64,000 nt of DNA from an uncultured Gemmatimonadales bacterium (GCA_963851265.1 CAWKNZ010000007.1:320001-384000), one strand, 5' to 3'; positions 50,115 through 59,905 are shown, counted from the first letter of the stretch. Translations and numbers: made by a program. The notes: generated by a model not told the origin, from the letters alone.

Positions 50115-51362
50115 ATGTGCGCCGTGCACTCCGCCGTGGGTCGACAGGCCCGACCCATCCGCGTGTTCGCCTGGTGCGCTGGAATGCTCGCCGCTGTCGG
50201 CGCACTGCGGCCTGCCCGCGGTGGCGCCCAGGCCCGCGTGGTCAGCGAGCTGGGACAGCAGATCGGACAGACGGTTAGCCTCGGCCTCGACGTGGGCGCG
50301 TCGCAGGTCACCTACGACGATTACGGCACGTCGCGCGTTGGCAGCGTGACGCCGAGCGTGCGCTGGGAGACGGGCCGGTCGATGGTCATCGCGAACGCCT
50401 CGCTGTCGCAGTTCGAGAGCGGGCGCACGAGTCTGCAGAGCGGCGTCTCCGGCTCGCTGCTCTCGCCCGAGTTCTGGAACCTGCGCGGCGAGGTGTACGG
50501 CACCTTCTCCAACACACGGTACCTGTCGTCGCTCGCCGCGACGAACATCTACGGCGTTGGGCGCCTGCATTTCGTCGGCAACGGCGTCGGCGCGTGGGTC
50601 GGCGGCGGCGGCGGATTCGTCTCCCAGAATTCCGGCCTCCCGCGGTCGATCGCGCAGGCCGACGCCGGCCTTTGGGCGCGCGACGAGGGCGTCCAGTACA
50701 CGCTCACGGTGCTCCCGACGCGCGTGGGGCCGTGGAGCTACACCGACGTGACCGGCGGCGTCCGTTGGGAGGGCACACGCGGCGAGCTCGCGCTCACCAC
50801 GGGGTACCGGGCGCATCCGAGCGACTCGGTACCGGGACTGCAGGCGTGGGCCGAGGCGTGGCTCACCGTCTGGCTGGGCCGGCGCGTGGCCGTGGTGACC
50901 GGCGCCGGCATGTACCCCTTCGACGCCGTGCAGGGATTGCCTGGCGGACGGTACGCGTCAGCCGGACTCCGGCTCGTGACGCGCCGCCCGCCCGTAGGCG
51001 ACCCCGCGGTCCGCGCGGAACTCACCGAGCTGTACGAGCTGCGCCGCCTCGAACGCGCCGCCCGCGGGCGCACGGCGGTCGAACGCTTCCAGATTCGCGA
51101 CAACGCCGACGGCACCCACGAACTCCACTTCCGCGTCGCCGGTGCGAGCCGGGTCGAGATCATGGCCGACTTCACGGACTGGACGCCGGTGCCGCTCGCC
51201 CGCACCGGCGTGGTCGAAGATTGGGGGATCACGCTCCCGATCGGCCGCGGCGTACACCGCGTGAACGTGCGCGTCGACGACCGGGACTGGGAAGTGCCCG
51301 ACGGGCTGACGGCCGTTCGCGACGACTTCGGCGGGGCGGTCGGCATCCTCGTCGTCCGCTGA
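50115..51362 (+). CDS. Exported beta-strand-rich protein with C-terminal CBM48-like domain
   Basis: Signal-like N-terminus; alternating aromatic/Gly strands; ASRVEIMADFTDW..GVHRVNVRVDD..W..DDFGG. Confidence 0.78.
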   Translation: MCAVHSAVGRQARPIRVFAWCAGMLAAVGALRPARGGAQARVVSELGQQIGQTVSLGLDVGASQVTYDDYGTSRVGSVTPSVRWETGRSMVIANASLSQFESGRTSLQSGVSGSLLSPEFWNLRGEVYGTFSNTRYLSSLAATNIYGVGRLHFVGNGVGAWVGGGGGFVSQNSGLPRSIAQADAGLWARDEGVQYTLTVLPTRVGPWSYTDVTGGVRWEGTRGELALTTGYRAHPSDSVPGLQAWAEAWLTVWLGRRVAVVTGAGMYPFDAVQGLPGGRYASAGLRLVTRRPPVGDPAVRAELTELYELRRLERAARGRTAVERFQIRDNADGTHELHFRVAGASRVEIMADFTDWTPVPLARTGVVEDWGITLPIGRGVHRVNVRVDDRDWEVPDGLTAVRDDFGGAVGILVVR

Positions 51363-51439
51363 CTCCGGCGACGCGCGCGGCTTAGGTTCGCAGCACGGCC
51401 CAGATGAGCGGCCGCTCGCCATACCCCGCCCACCTCGTC

Positions 51440-53989
51440 ATGTCACAGCACGTCGCGGCGCCGCGCGCCGCGTGTTCATCCGCGGTCCGTTCCCGTTCGA
51501 CCACGACGCGCGCGGCCGCGACGCTCGCCCTCGGCATAGGCTCCGCTGCGGGTCTCGCCGCGCCCGCCCGGGGCGCCGCGGCGCAGACGTCCGCCGCGCC
51601 GGCGCCCGTCGCGACCGCGGACCCGTCGCGCCTAACGGTCGAGCGGATCTTCGGCCGCGGGGAGTTCGCGGTCGGCGGCGCGCCCGGGCTGCAGTGGTTG
51701 CGCGACGGGCGCGCCTACGTGGAGGTGCGACCGGCCGCGGGCGGCGTCGACATCGTGCGCGTCGACGCGGCAACCGGCGCGGCGACGGTGCTCGTGCCGG
51801 CCGGCGCGCTGCGCGACGAGGCGGGGCGCGCGATCGTCGTCGAGGACCTGCAGCTGTCGCCCGACGAGCGCAAGGCGCTGCTGTTCCACAACTCGGTCCG
51901 CGTGTGGCGGACCAACACCCGCGGGACCTTCCACGTCGTCGACCTCGACACGCGACGCGTCACCCCGATCGCCACCGTGACCACGCCCGGAAAGCCGTCG
52001 GCCGCCGCCGCGAACGCGCCGAGCACGGCGGGCGGCGGCGCGGCCAGCTCGGGCATCCGCGTGCGGATCACCGCCGGGCGACGCGACACGGTCGGCGGGC
52101 AGGCGTTGGGCCAGCGCACCGCCGGGGTGCCCGCCGGTGCGCCGAGCTTCATCGGCCGTGGGCTGGCGAGCGGCGCGGTCGACGCCGACCTCCAGATGTT
52201 CGCCAAGTTCTCGCCCGACTCGCGGTCGGTCGCGTTCGTGCGGGGCAACAATCTGTGGGTGACCGACCTCGCGACCGGCCGCGCGACCCGCCTGACGTAC
52301 GACGGCTCGGACGACGTGATCAACGGCACCACCGACTGGGTGTACGAGGAGGAGCTCGGGCTACGCGACGCGTTCCGCTGGAGCCCCGACTCGCGGCGGA
52401 TCGCGTACTGGCGCTTCGACCAGACGGCCGTGCCTGCGTACCCGATCAACGACGAGACCGACGGCCAGTACCCGACGGTGAGTGTGCTGCGCTACCCGAA
52501 GGCCGGTGCGCCGAACTCGCGCGTGAAGGTCGGCGTCGTCGCGGCCGCGGGCGGCGGCCCCACGCGGTGGCTCGCGGTGGGCGCCGACACCGGCCAGTAC
52601 GTGCCGCAGATGGAGTGGCTCGGCACGGACTCGGTCGCCGTGATCCGCATGCCGCGGCGCCAGAACCGGCTCGACGTGCTGCTGGCGAGCGCGACGACCG
52701 GTGGCGTGCGCGAGGTCGTGAGCGACGTGGATTCCGCGTACGTCGACGTCGAAGGGAGCCCGGTGACGTGGATCGACGGCGGGCGGCGGTTCCTGCTCCG
52801 CAGCGACCGCACCGGGTGGCGCGGCTTCCACCTGTACGACCGCAGCGGGCGCTTCGTGCGGCAGGTCACGCCCGACGGCGCGGACTATCTCGAGGTCGCC
52901 GGCGTCGATTCCGCGCGCGGGTTCGCGTACGTGAGCGCGGCCGCGCCGACGCCCACGCAACGCAACCTGTACCGGTGCGCGATCGCGCCCGCGTCGAACG
53001 CTGCCCCCGCGTGCGCGCGGCTCACGCCGGCCGACGGCACGCACGCCGTCGAGATCGCGCCGGGCAACACGTACGCGATCGACACCTACAGCACCGCGGC
53101 GCGGCCGCCCGTCGCGTCGATGCTCTCGCTGGCGGCGGGGGGCGAGGCGTCGGTCGCGCTGCGCCCCGCGCGCGTGCTCGAGGACAACGCGGCGGTAGCG
53201 TCGCGGCTGGCCGCACTGGGCATCAGCGCGCCGCAGTTCTTCCGCGTCCCGACGCCCGACGGCACGCTGCTGGATGCCTACCGCATCGTGCCGGCTCGCT
53301 TCGACAGCGCCGCGCGGCACCCGGTGCTGATGTACGTCTACGGCGGGCCCGCGGCGCCACAGGTGAGCGACGCGTGGGGCGGCTCGCGGCTGATGTGGCA
53401 CCAGATGCTGGCGCAGCAGGGCTACGTCGTGGTGGTCGTCGACAACCGCGGCGCGGCCTGGCGCGGGCGCGCGTTCCGCAAGGGGACGCAGGGGCGGCTC
53501 GGCGTGCAGGAGTCGCAGGACCAGATCGACGCGGCGCGCTGGGTGGCGCGGCAGTCGTGGGCCGACCCCGCGCGCGTGGGGCTGTGGGGGTGGAGCTACG
53601 GCGGCTACATGACCGCGCTCACGCTCGCGCGCGGCGGCAGCGTGTTCAAGGCGGGCATCGCGGTCGCGCCGGTCGTCGACTGGCGCTTCTACGATTCGAT
53701 CTACACGGAGCGTTACATGTCGACGCCGCAAGCGAACCCGAACGGCTACCAGCTCAGCGCGGTCGCGTCGTACGTCGGCAACATGGCCGCGCGCCTGCTG
53801 CTCGTGCACGGCACCGGCGACGACAACGTGCACCCGCAGAACGCGCTCGTCCTCGCACAGGCGCTCGAGAACGCCAACAAGCCGTTCACGATGCTGCTGT
53901 ACCCCAACAAGACGCACAGCATCAGCGGCGGGCGCACGCAGGTGCACCTCTTCGGCTCGCTCACCCGCTTCGTTCTCGACAATCTGTGA
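51440..53989 (+). CDS. S9B dipeptidyl-peptidase IV family peptidase
   Basis: DWVYEEE, YPKAG, GWSYGG, DDNVH, KTH triad. Confidence 0.94.
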   Translation: MSQHVAAPRAACSSAVRSRSTTTRAAATLALGIGSAAGLAAPARGAAAQTSAAPAPVATADPSRLTVERIFGRGEFAVGGAPGLQWLRDGRAYVEVRPAAGGVDIVRVDAATGAATVLVPAGALRDEAGRAIVVEDLQLSPDERKALLFHNSVRVWRTNTRGTFHVVDLDTRRVTPIATVTTPGKPSAAAANAPSTAGGGAASSGIRVRITAGRRDTVGGQALGQRTAGVPAGAPSFIGRGLASGAVDADLQMFAKFSPDSRSVAFVRGNNLWVTDLATGRATRLTYDGSDDVINGTTDWVYEEELGLRDAFRWSPDSRRIAYWRFDQTAVPAYPINDETDGQYPTVSVLRYPKAGAPNSRVKVGVVAAAGGGPTRWLAVGADTGQYVPQMEWLGTDSVAVIRMPRRQNRLDVLLASATTGGVREVVSDVDSAYVDVEGSPVTWIDGGRRFLLRSDRTGWRGFHLYDRSGRFVRQVTPDGADYLEVAGVDSARGFAYVSAAAPTPTQRNLYRCAIAPASNAAPACARLTPADGTHAVEIAPGNTYAIDTYSTAARPPVASMLSLAAGGEASVALRPARVLEDNAAVASRLAALGISAPQFFRVPTPDGTLLDAYRIVPARFDSAARHPVLMYVYGGPAAPQVSDAWGGSRLMWHQMLAQQGYVVVVVDNRGAAWRGRAFRKGTQGRLGVQESQDQIDAARWVARQSWADPARVGLWGWSYGGYMTALTLARGGSVFKAGIAVAPVVDWRFYDSIYTERYMSTPQANPNGYQLSAVASYVGNMAARLLLVHGTGDDNVHPQNALVLAQALENANKPFTMLLYPNKTHSISGGRTQVHLFGSLTRFVLDNL

Positions 53990-55737
53990 GGTACGCCGCG
54001 CGCTGGACCGCGGCGGCCGGCCTCGCGATGGGCGCCTGTGCCGGGCGCGCGCGCCCGGGCGTCGCCCCCGGCGCGGCGCCAGGCGGGGCGCCGCCGGAGC
54101 AGGCGGCTGCGGCGCGCGTCCTCGCGGCGCGGGCGCGCTACGCCCCGCGCCCGCTCACGCGCGCCGAACGGAGCGGGTACGCCGAAACGTCGCGCTACGC
54201 CGACGTGGTCGCGTTCGTCGACTCCCTGGCCGCGCTCGCGCCCGCGGTGCTGCGCGTCGGCAGCATGGGGACGACGGGCGAGGGGCGCGAGATCCCGGTG
54301 GTGGTCGCGTCGCGCCCGGCGGTCGCGACGCCCGACGACGCGCGGCGCCTCGGCCGTCCGGTGGTGTACGTGCAGGCCAACATCCACGCCGGCGAGGTGG
54401 AGGGGAAGGAGGCGCTGCAGATGCTGCTGCGCGACCTCGCGCTCGCGCCGGCGCCTAACGTGCTCGACTCGCTCGTCCTCGTCGCCGTCCCGATCTACAA
54501 CGCCGACGGCAACGAGCGCGTGCGCGACCAGTCGATCAACCGTACCGAACAGAACGGCCCCGCGCTCGTGGGGCAGCGCCCGAACGCGGCCGGGCTCGAC
54601 CTCAACCGCGACTACATCAAGGCGGAGGCGCCCGAGACGCGCGCGGCGCTCGCGCTCATCAACCGATGGGACCCTGACGCGTTCGTCGACCTGCACACGA
54701 CCGACGGCTCGTACCACGGCTACGCGCTCACCTGGAGTCCGTCGCTCCATCCGTCGGCCCCGCTGGCCCCGTTCGCGCGGGACACCCTGCTGCCCCGCGT
54801 GGCCGAGCGGCTGCAGGCGCGCTGGGGGATTCCCACGTTCCCGTACGGCAACTTCGCCGAGGAGTACGGGGCCGACGTGAACGCCGACACGACCAAGCGG
54901 GGGTGGTACACGTACGACAGCCGGGCACGGTTCGGCACCAACTATTACGGGCTGCGCGGCCGCCTCTCGGTGCTGAGCGAGGCGTTCTCGCACGACCCGT
55001 TCGAGCGGCGCGTGCGGGCGACGTACGCATTCGTGGCGGAATTGCTCTCGGCCCTCGCCGGCAGCGAGACGCTCGCGCGGACGCGCGCCGGAGGCACAGG
55101 GGGCGGTGCGGTGGCGTTGCGGACGCACCTCACGCCCACGCCGCGGCGCGGCCCAGTGCTCGCCGAAGATCTCGAGCGCGCGCCGGACTCGGTGCGAACG
55201 CAGCCCGGGGTACCGCGCGGGCTGCGGCGGACGGGGCGCGTGCGGAGCCTCGAGTTGCCCATCTACGATCGGTTCGTGGCGACGCGCACCGCGAATCTGT
55301 CTGGGGGCGGGTGGGCGTTCAGCGCCGACGTGCCCGGGGCGGCGCAGGCCGCGGCACTGCTCCGACGCCACGGAATCACGGTCGAACAGGTCGCGCGCCC
55401 GCTGGCCCTGAGGACGCGCGTGTTCCGCATCGATTCCGTGGTGACGGCGACGCGGGCGTTCCAGGGGCATCACGAGGTGCGCGTCGAGGGCGCGTGGCGC
55501 GACGAGACGGGCGAGATGCCCGCGCGAAGCTACGTCGTGCCCGCGCAGGCGCGCATGCTGCTGGCCGCGGCGCTGCTCGAGCCCGAGGGCGACGACGGGC
55601 TGGTGACGTGGAACGTCTGGAACGACGCGCTACGTGCGGGGGGCGATTTCCCGGTCGTACGCATACGGGATCCGAGCGTTGGTCACGGAATGCTCGCGCC
55701 GCGGATCGATTCGGTGTCCGGGCCCGCGCGCCGCTGA
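53986..55737 (+). CDS. M14 family zinc carboxypeptidase-like lipoprotein
   Basis: GTGA overlap with DPP IV; MGAC lipobox-like; IHAGEVEGKE, DLNRD, DLHTT. Confidence 0.88.
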   Translation: MRYAARWTAAAGLAMGACAGRARPGVAPGAAPGGAPPEQAAAARVLAARARYAPRPLTRAERSGYAETSRYADVVAFVDSLAALAPAVLRVGSMGTTGEGREIPVVVASRPAVATPDDARRLGRPVVYVQANIHAGEVEGKEALQMLLRDLALAPAPNVLDSLVLVAVPIYNADGNERVRDQSINRTEQNGPALVGQRPNAAGLDLNRDYIKAEAPETRAALALINRWDPDAFVDLHTTDGSYHGYALTWSPSLHPSAPLAPFARDTLLPRVAERLQARWGIPTFPYGNFAEEYGADVNADTTKRGWYTYDSRARFGTNYYGLRGRLSVLSEAFSHDPFERRVRATYAFVAELLSALAGSETLARTRAGGTGGGAVALRTHLTPTPRRGPVLAEDLERAPDSVRTQPGVPRGLRRTGRVRSLELPIYDRFVATRTANLSGGGWAFSADVPGAAQAAALLRRHGITVEQVARPLALRTRVFRIDSVVTATRAFQGHHEVRVEGAWRDETGEMPARSYVVPAQARMLLAAALLEPEGDDGLVTWNVWNDALRAGGDFPVVRIRDPSVGHGMLAPRIDSVSGPARR

Positions 55738-55801
55738 CACCCGGGCGGGCGTGCGCGCGTACGTCTCGCGTGTACGCCTTCTCACCCCCACGCGTGATCT
55801 C

Positions 55802-56185
55802 ATGGCCACCGAATACGGCACGCTCCTTTACGTCGGCATCCAGCGGTACGTCGTCGCTCTCGACCCCGCGACCGGCACCCGCCGGTGGAGCACCGAGCTC
55901 CCAGGTACGTCGCTCTTCACCGGCTTCGTGACCATCCACCTCGACGGCGCGCACGTGTATGCGGCAGCGGCAGGCGAGATCACCTGCCTCGACGCGGCCA
56001 CGGGCGCGGTCCGGTGGCACAACGCGCTCGAGGGCTACGGGTTCGGGTTCGCGACGCTCGCGACGGGGAGCGGGTCGTCGATGCCGACCGAGACGACCGC
56101 GAACGAGGCGAGCGCCGCCGCCGCGTCGTACGTCACCGACGCGACGGCCGCGGCTGCGGCTGGGGGAATCGCGGCGGCGCTGTAG
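55802..56185 (+). CDS. Small PQQ-like beta-propeller repeat protein
   Basis: VALDPATGTRRW and CLDAATGAVRW repeats; Ala-rich tail. Confidence 0.75.
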   Translation: MATEYGTLLYVGIQRYVVALDPATGTRRWSTELPGTSLFTGFVTIHLDGAHVYAAAAGEITCLDAATGAVRWHNALEGYGFGFATLATGSGSSMPTETTANEASAAAASYVTDATAAAAAGGIAAAL

Positions 56186-56193
56186 CCGTCGCG

Positions 56194-57156
56194 TCAGAAC
56201 CGAAGCACGTCGGCGTCCCGCAGTTCGGGCCACCGATCGAGTCGGGCTTCGGGAATGGCGAGGATGTTGTCCTGGACGTACTGGCCCGGCTGCAACCGGG
56301 TGAGCACGCCCCAGTTCCACACGAAGAAGAACCGGTAGCGCGGCCGCGGCAGCGAAGCGAGGTACTCGGTCGCGGCCGGGCTCGGATGGCCGGACGCCAA
56401 AGGCGCGGCGAACAAGTTGGCCTCGTAGGCCAACGTCGGCGCGTCCTCTCGGTCGAGTGTCCGGCGCGCGCCGCGGAAGACGAGGAGCTCGGCTCCCTCG
56501 ACGTCCACTTTCATGACGTCGGGGCGGCGCGCCTCGCCGGCGGCGATCAGGTCATCGAGACGGCGGAGCATGCACGACGTGGGTCGCGGCGGCCCGGCGT
56601 CGAGCGACGCGTACTCCGCCGACAGACTCGCGACCTCGCTCATCTCGGGGACAAACAGCGTCCCCGCGTCGTTGGTGTCGCAGAGCGCGTAACGCAGAAG
56701 CCGGGCATCCGCGAACCCCGCGAGCGATCGTTCCAGGTTGCTCGCCATGTTGGGGTTCGGCTCGAAGACGACGACGTGCCCGTCGGGGCCCACCATCGTG
56801 GCAAGCGCGACCGAGATGAAGCCGCGATTCGCGCCGACGTCGAGCGCCGTGTCGCCAGGTCGTGTCACGTGGCGCAGTACGCGCACCAGCGGCCCATCCT
56901 GCGGCACTTCGGCGTGCGGCGACCCGCGAACGAGCGCGACACTGTTGCGGTCGCGCAGGTCGACGTACACCGGCTGAAATCCTTCGCAGCGCACCGGGAC
57001 CGATTGCAGCGCCGGAGTGCGCCCGGCAAGCGCGCGCACCAGGCGGCCGCCGCCACGCCATCGCGTCCGCAGATACGTTTGCACCAAACGCGTCGTGATG
57101 GAGAGACGATTGTCACGGAACACGCGAGCGTTCGAAATCGTCGGATAAACGTCCAC
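56194..57156 (-). CDS. FkbM family methyltransferase
   Basis: DVGANRG, FEPNP, MKVDVEGAE; GTG start after GAGGG. Confidence 0.88.
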   Translation of the reverse strand: MDVYPTISNARVFRDNRLSITTRLVQTYLRTRWRGGGRLVRALAGRTPALQSVPVRCEGFQPVYVDLRDRNSVALVRGSPHAEVPQDGPLVRVLRHVTRPGDTALDVGANRGFISVALATMVGPDGHVVVFEPNPNMASNLERSLAGFADARLLRYALCDTNDAGTLFVPEMSEVASLSAEYASLDAGPPRPTSCMLRRLDDLIAAGEARRPDVMKVDVEGAELLVFRGARRTLDREDAPTLAYEANLFAAPLASGHPSPAATEYLASLPRPRYRFFFVWNWGVLTRLQPGQYVQDNILAIPEARLDRWPELRDADVLRF

Positions 57157-57275
57157 CAGATCACCCTCGGGCGTGTGGGACGCGGCCAATATATTCCCGC
57201 GGCGCGGCCGCGCACCCCTCTCCGGAGCCCCTCGGAAGCGGCGGGTTCCCGACACGGCCGCCGTTCCCCGACTCG

Positions 57276-58328
57276 ATGCTCCGCAGCGCCCTCCTGTACC
57301 TCAGCAACCAGCAACAGGTCTTCGACTTCGTCCGCCACAACGGCCTCGCGAAGAAGCTTGCGTCGCGCTTCGTCGCCGGCGAGGACGTCGAGCCCGCCCT
57401 CGACGCCGTCGGCGCGCTCAACGCGAAGCGCATCACCGCCTCGCTCGACCTGCTCGGCGAGAGCGTGACCAACGAGGCCGAGGCGCGCGAAGCGGGGCGG
57501 CAGTACGTGCACCTGCTCGACCGCATCCGCGATCGCGCGCTCGACGCGAACGTCAGCCTGAAGCTGACCGCGATGGGCCTCGACATCTCCGAGGAGCTCT
57601 GCATCGAGGTCCTCGGCGCCGTGCTCGGCCGCGCGCGCGACTACGGCACGTTCGTCCGCCTCGACATGGAGTCGAGCGCCTACACCGAGCGCACGCTCCG
57701 GCTGTTCTACGACCGCCTCTACCCGGCGTACCCGGAGAACGTCGGAATCGTGCTCCAGAGCTACCTGTACCGCACCGACCAGGACGCGGCCGACGCGGCG
57801 CGCGCGGGCGCGCGCGTCCGCGTCTGCAAGGGCGCGTACAAGGAGCCGCCGTCGGTCGCGTACCCCGAGAAGGCCGACGTCGACGCGAGCTTCGTGCGCG
57901 CGATGCACACGCTGATGCGCGACGGGCGCTACCCGGGTCTCGCCACGCACGACGAGGCGATCATCGCGGAGGCGAAGCGGTTCGCGCGCGCCGAGGGGAT
58001 CGCGCCGGACCGCTACGAGTTCCAGATGCTCTACGGCGTCCGCCGCGACCTGCAGGAGCAACTCGTGCGCGACGGGTACCGGCTGCGCGTGTACGTGCCG
58101 TTCGGCACGTCGTGGTACCCGTACCTGATGCGCCGCCTCGCGGAGCGCCCGGCGAACCTGATGTTCATGACGGGCAACGTGCTGAAGGAGGCGGTCGCCG
58201 GCGGCCGCGGGGCGAACGGGACGCACGGCGCCAACGGCGGAGGCCTCACGAGCGCGGGCGTGACGGGCGCCGGCGCGCGGCGCGACGCCGGCGCCGACGT
58301 CGCCGGCCCGGGCGCGGACCGTCGTTAG
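57276..58328 (+). CDS. Monofunctional proline dehydrogenase
   Basis: RFVAGE, DLLGE, SLKLT, RLDME, KGAY, ATHD, FQMLYG, YVPFG, YLMRRLAERPAN. Confidence 0.93.
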   Translation: MLRSALLYLSNQQQVFDFVRHNGLAKKLASRFVAGEDVEPALDAVGALNAKRITASLDLLGESVTNEAEAREAGRQYVHLLDRIRDRALDANVSLKLTAMGLDISEELCIEVLGAVLGRARDYGTFVRLDMESSAYTERTLRLFYDRLYPAYPENVGIVLQSYLYRTDQDAADAARAGARVRVCKGAYKEPPSVAYPEKADVDASFVRAMHTLMRDGRYPGLATHDEAIIAEAKRFARAEGIAPDRYEFQMLYGVRRDLQEQLVRDGYRLRVYVPFGTSWYPYLMRRLAERPANLMFMTGNVLKEAVAGGRGANGTHGANGGGLTSAGVTGAGARRDAGADVAGPGADRR

Positions 58329-58332
58329 GCGC

Positions 58333-58755
58333 ATGGCGGCGGACGCGAGCGGGCTCCACCTGCCGCCCGACCCCGCCGCGGGCGACGAGTCGACCGTCGG
58401 CGGATACGCCGCCGTGCACGGGCGCCCGGCGGCGTTCGAGGGACCGGACGGCTTCGCCTACAGCGTCGAGCCGAGCGCCGACGAGACGGGCGAGCGAGGC
58501 GCGCCGTGGGGCGGGTACTTCCTGTTCCTCCGGTGGCGCCGCGTGGGCGCGTCGGGCGTCGACGGGCACCTCGAGAGCGACTTCGTCGTGCGCGCCGCGA
58601 CCGAGGCCGACGCGCTCGCCGCGCTCGGTCGCGTGCCGCTCCTCACCGCGAAGGCCACGCTCGACACGCTCGTGCGCAAGCGCGCCGGCGGCACCCCCAC
58701 CCGCCGCTGGTGGGACGTGATGCGCGATGAGGACGTCCGGGGGCAGGGCGAATGA
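58333..58755 (+). CDS. Hypothetical protein
   Basis: Globular composition, 4 bp after ProDH and ATGA overlap with rsgA. Confidence 0.7.
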   Translation: MAADASGLHLPPDPAAGDESTVGGYAAVHGRPAAFEGPDGFAYSVEPSADETGERGAPWGGYFLFLRWRRVGASGVDGHLESDFVVRAATEADALAALGRVPLLTAKATLDTLVRKRAGGTPTRRWWDVMRDEDVRGQGE

Positions 58756-59858
58756 CGGCCGACGCGCCCGCTGACCTGGACGCGGTTCCGATTGTCGGCA
58801 CGGTGCTCTCGGGGACCGGCGGGGTGTGGCGCGTGCTCGGCGACGACGGGGCGGTGCGCGAGGCCTCGCTCCGCGGTCGGCTCAAGAAGAGCGGCGAAGG
58901 GCGGCGGGTGGACGGATCGATGCGGCGCGACACGATTGCGGCGGCCGAACGGGTGCTCAAACTCGCGGTCGGCGACCGCGTCGCGATCGAGCCCGACGTG
59001 CGTGCCGGCGGCGGCGCCCAGGGGGCGTGGGCGATCGACGACATCATGCCGCGTCGCAGCAAGCTCGCGCGCCGCGTGCCGGGCGGCGGGTACGGCGAGC
59101 GCGTGGTCGCGGCCAACGTCGACCAGGTGGTCGTGGTCTTCGCGGCCGCCAGGCCCGAACCGCATCCGCGCATGCTCGACCGCTTCCTGCTCGTCGCCGA
59201 GGCCAACGCGCTCGCGGCGCGCGTGGTGATCAACAAGTGCGAGCTCGCCGGCGCGGGGGATTCCGAGCGCGGGGCCGATGCCGTGCGCGCGCGCTTCGCA
59301 GCGTACGAGGCCGCCGGCTACACGGTGCACGCGACGAGCGTGGCCACGGGCTACGGGCTCGGCCCGCTGCGCGACGCCCTCGTCGGCCGCACGTCCGCGC
59401 TCACGGGGCCGAGCGGGGTAGGGAAGTCCTCGCTCATGAACGCGCTGTTCCCGGGGCTCGACCTGCGCGTGGGGGCGATCTCGGAGAGCGTCAACAAGGG
59501 GCGCCACACCACCGTCGGCGCGCTGCTCCACCCGCTCCCCGCGTCGGCCGGGCGCGCGTTAGGCGGCGACCCGGCCGCGGCCGGTGCCGCGGGCCCGGCG
59601 CGCGGGTTCGTCGTCGACACGCCCGGCCTCCGCGAGGTCGGACTCTGGGGGCTGCCGGCCGAACGCCTCGACGCCTGCTTCCCCGAGTTCCGCCCGTACC
59701 TGGGCGAGTGCCGGTTCGCCGACTGCGCGCACGGGGCGGAGCCCGACTGCGCGGTGCGGACGGCGGTCGATCGCGGGCTGGTCAGCTCGGAGCGGTACGA
59801 GAGCTACCGCAAGCTCCGCCAGGAGGCCGTCGAGGGAACCCCGCCCGAGTGGGCGTGA
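58752..59858 (+). CDS. rsgA: Ribosome small subunit-dependent GTPase A
   Basis: Permuted GTPase NKCE, GPSGVGKSS, GRHTT, DTPG; Zn motif CRFADCAHGAEPDC. Confidence 0.94.
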   Translation: MTADAPADLDAVPIVGTVLSGTGGVWRVLGDDGAVREASLRGRLKKSGEGRRVDGSMRRDTIAAAERVLKLAVGDRVAIEPDVRAGGGAQGAWAIDDIMPRRSKLARRVPGGGYGERVVAANVDQVVVVFAAARPEPHPRMLDRFLLVAEANALAARVVINKCELAGAGDSERGADAVRARFAAYEAAGYTVHATSVATGYGLGPLRDALVGRTSALTGPSGVGKSSLMNALFPGLDLRVGAISESVNKGRHTTVGALLHPLPASAGRALGGDPAAAGAAGPARGFVVDTPGLREVGLWGLPAERLDACFPEFRPYLGECRFADCAHGAEPDCAVRTAVDRGLVSSERYESYRKLRQEAVEGTPPEWA

Positions 59859-59905
59859 TACCAGTAGGATCGCGCCCGCCGCACGCCCGTCCCGCGCCCA
59901 GACTC

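Noticed and set aside
51472..55737. 1421-aa ORF as one giant protein
   Set aside because: First 838 codons are Arg/Ala-rich shadow frame over the DPP IV gene; only the part from GTG 53986 is a real M14 peptidase
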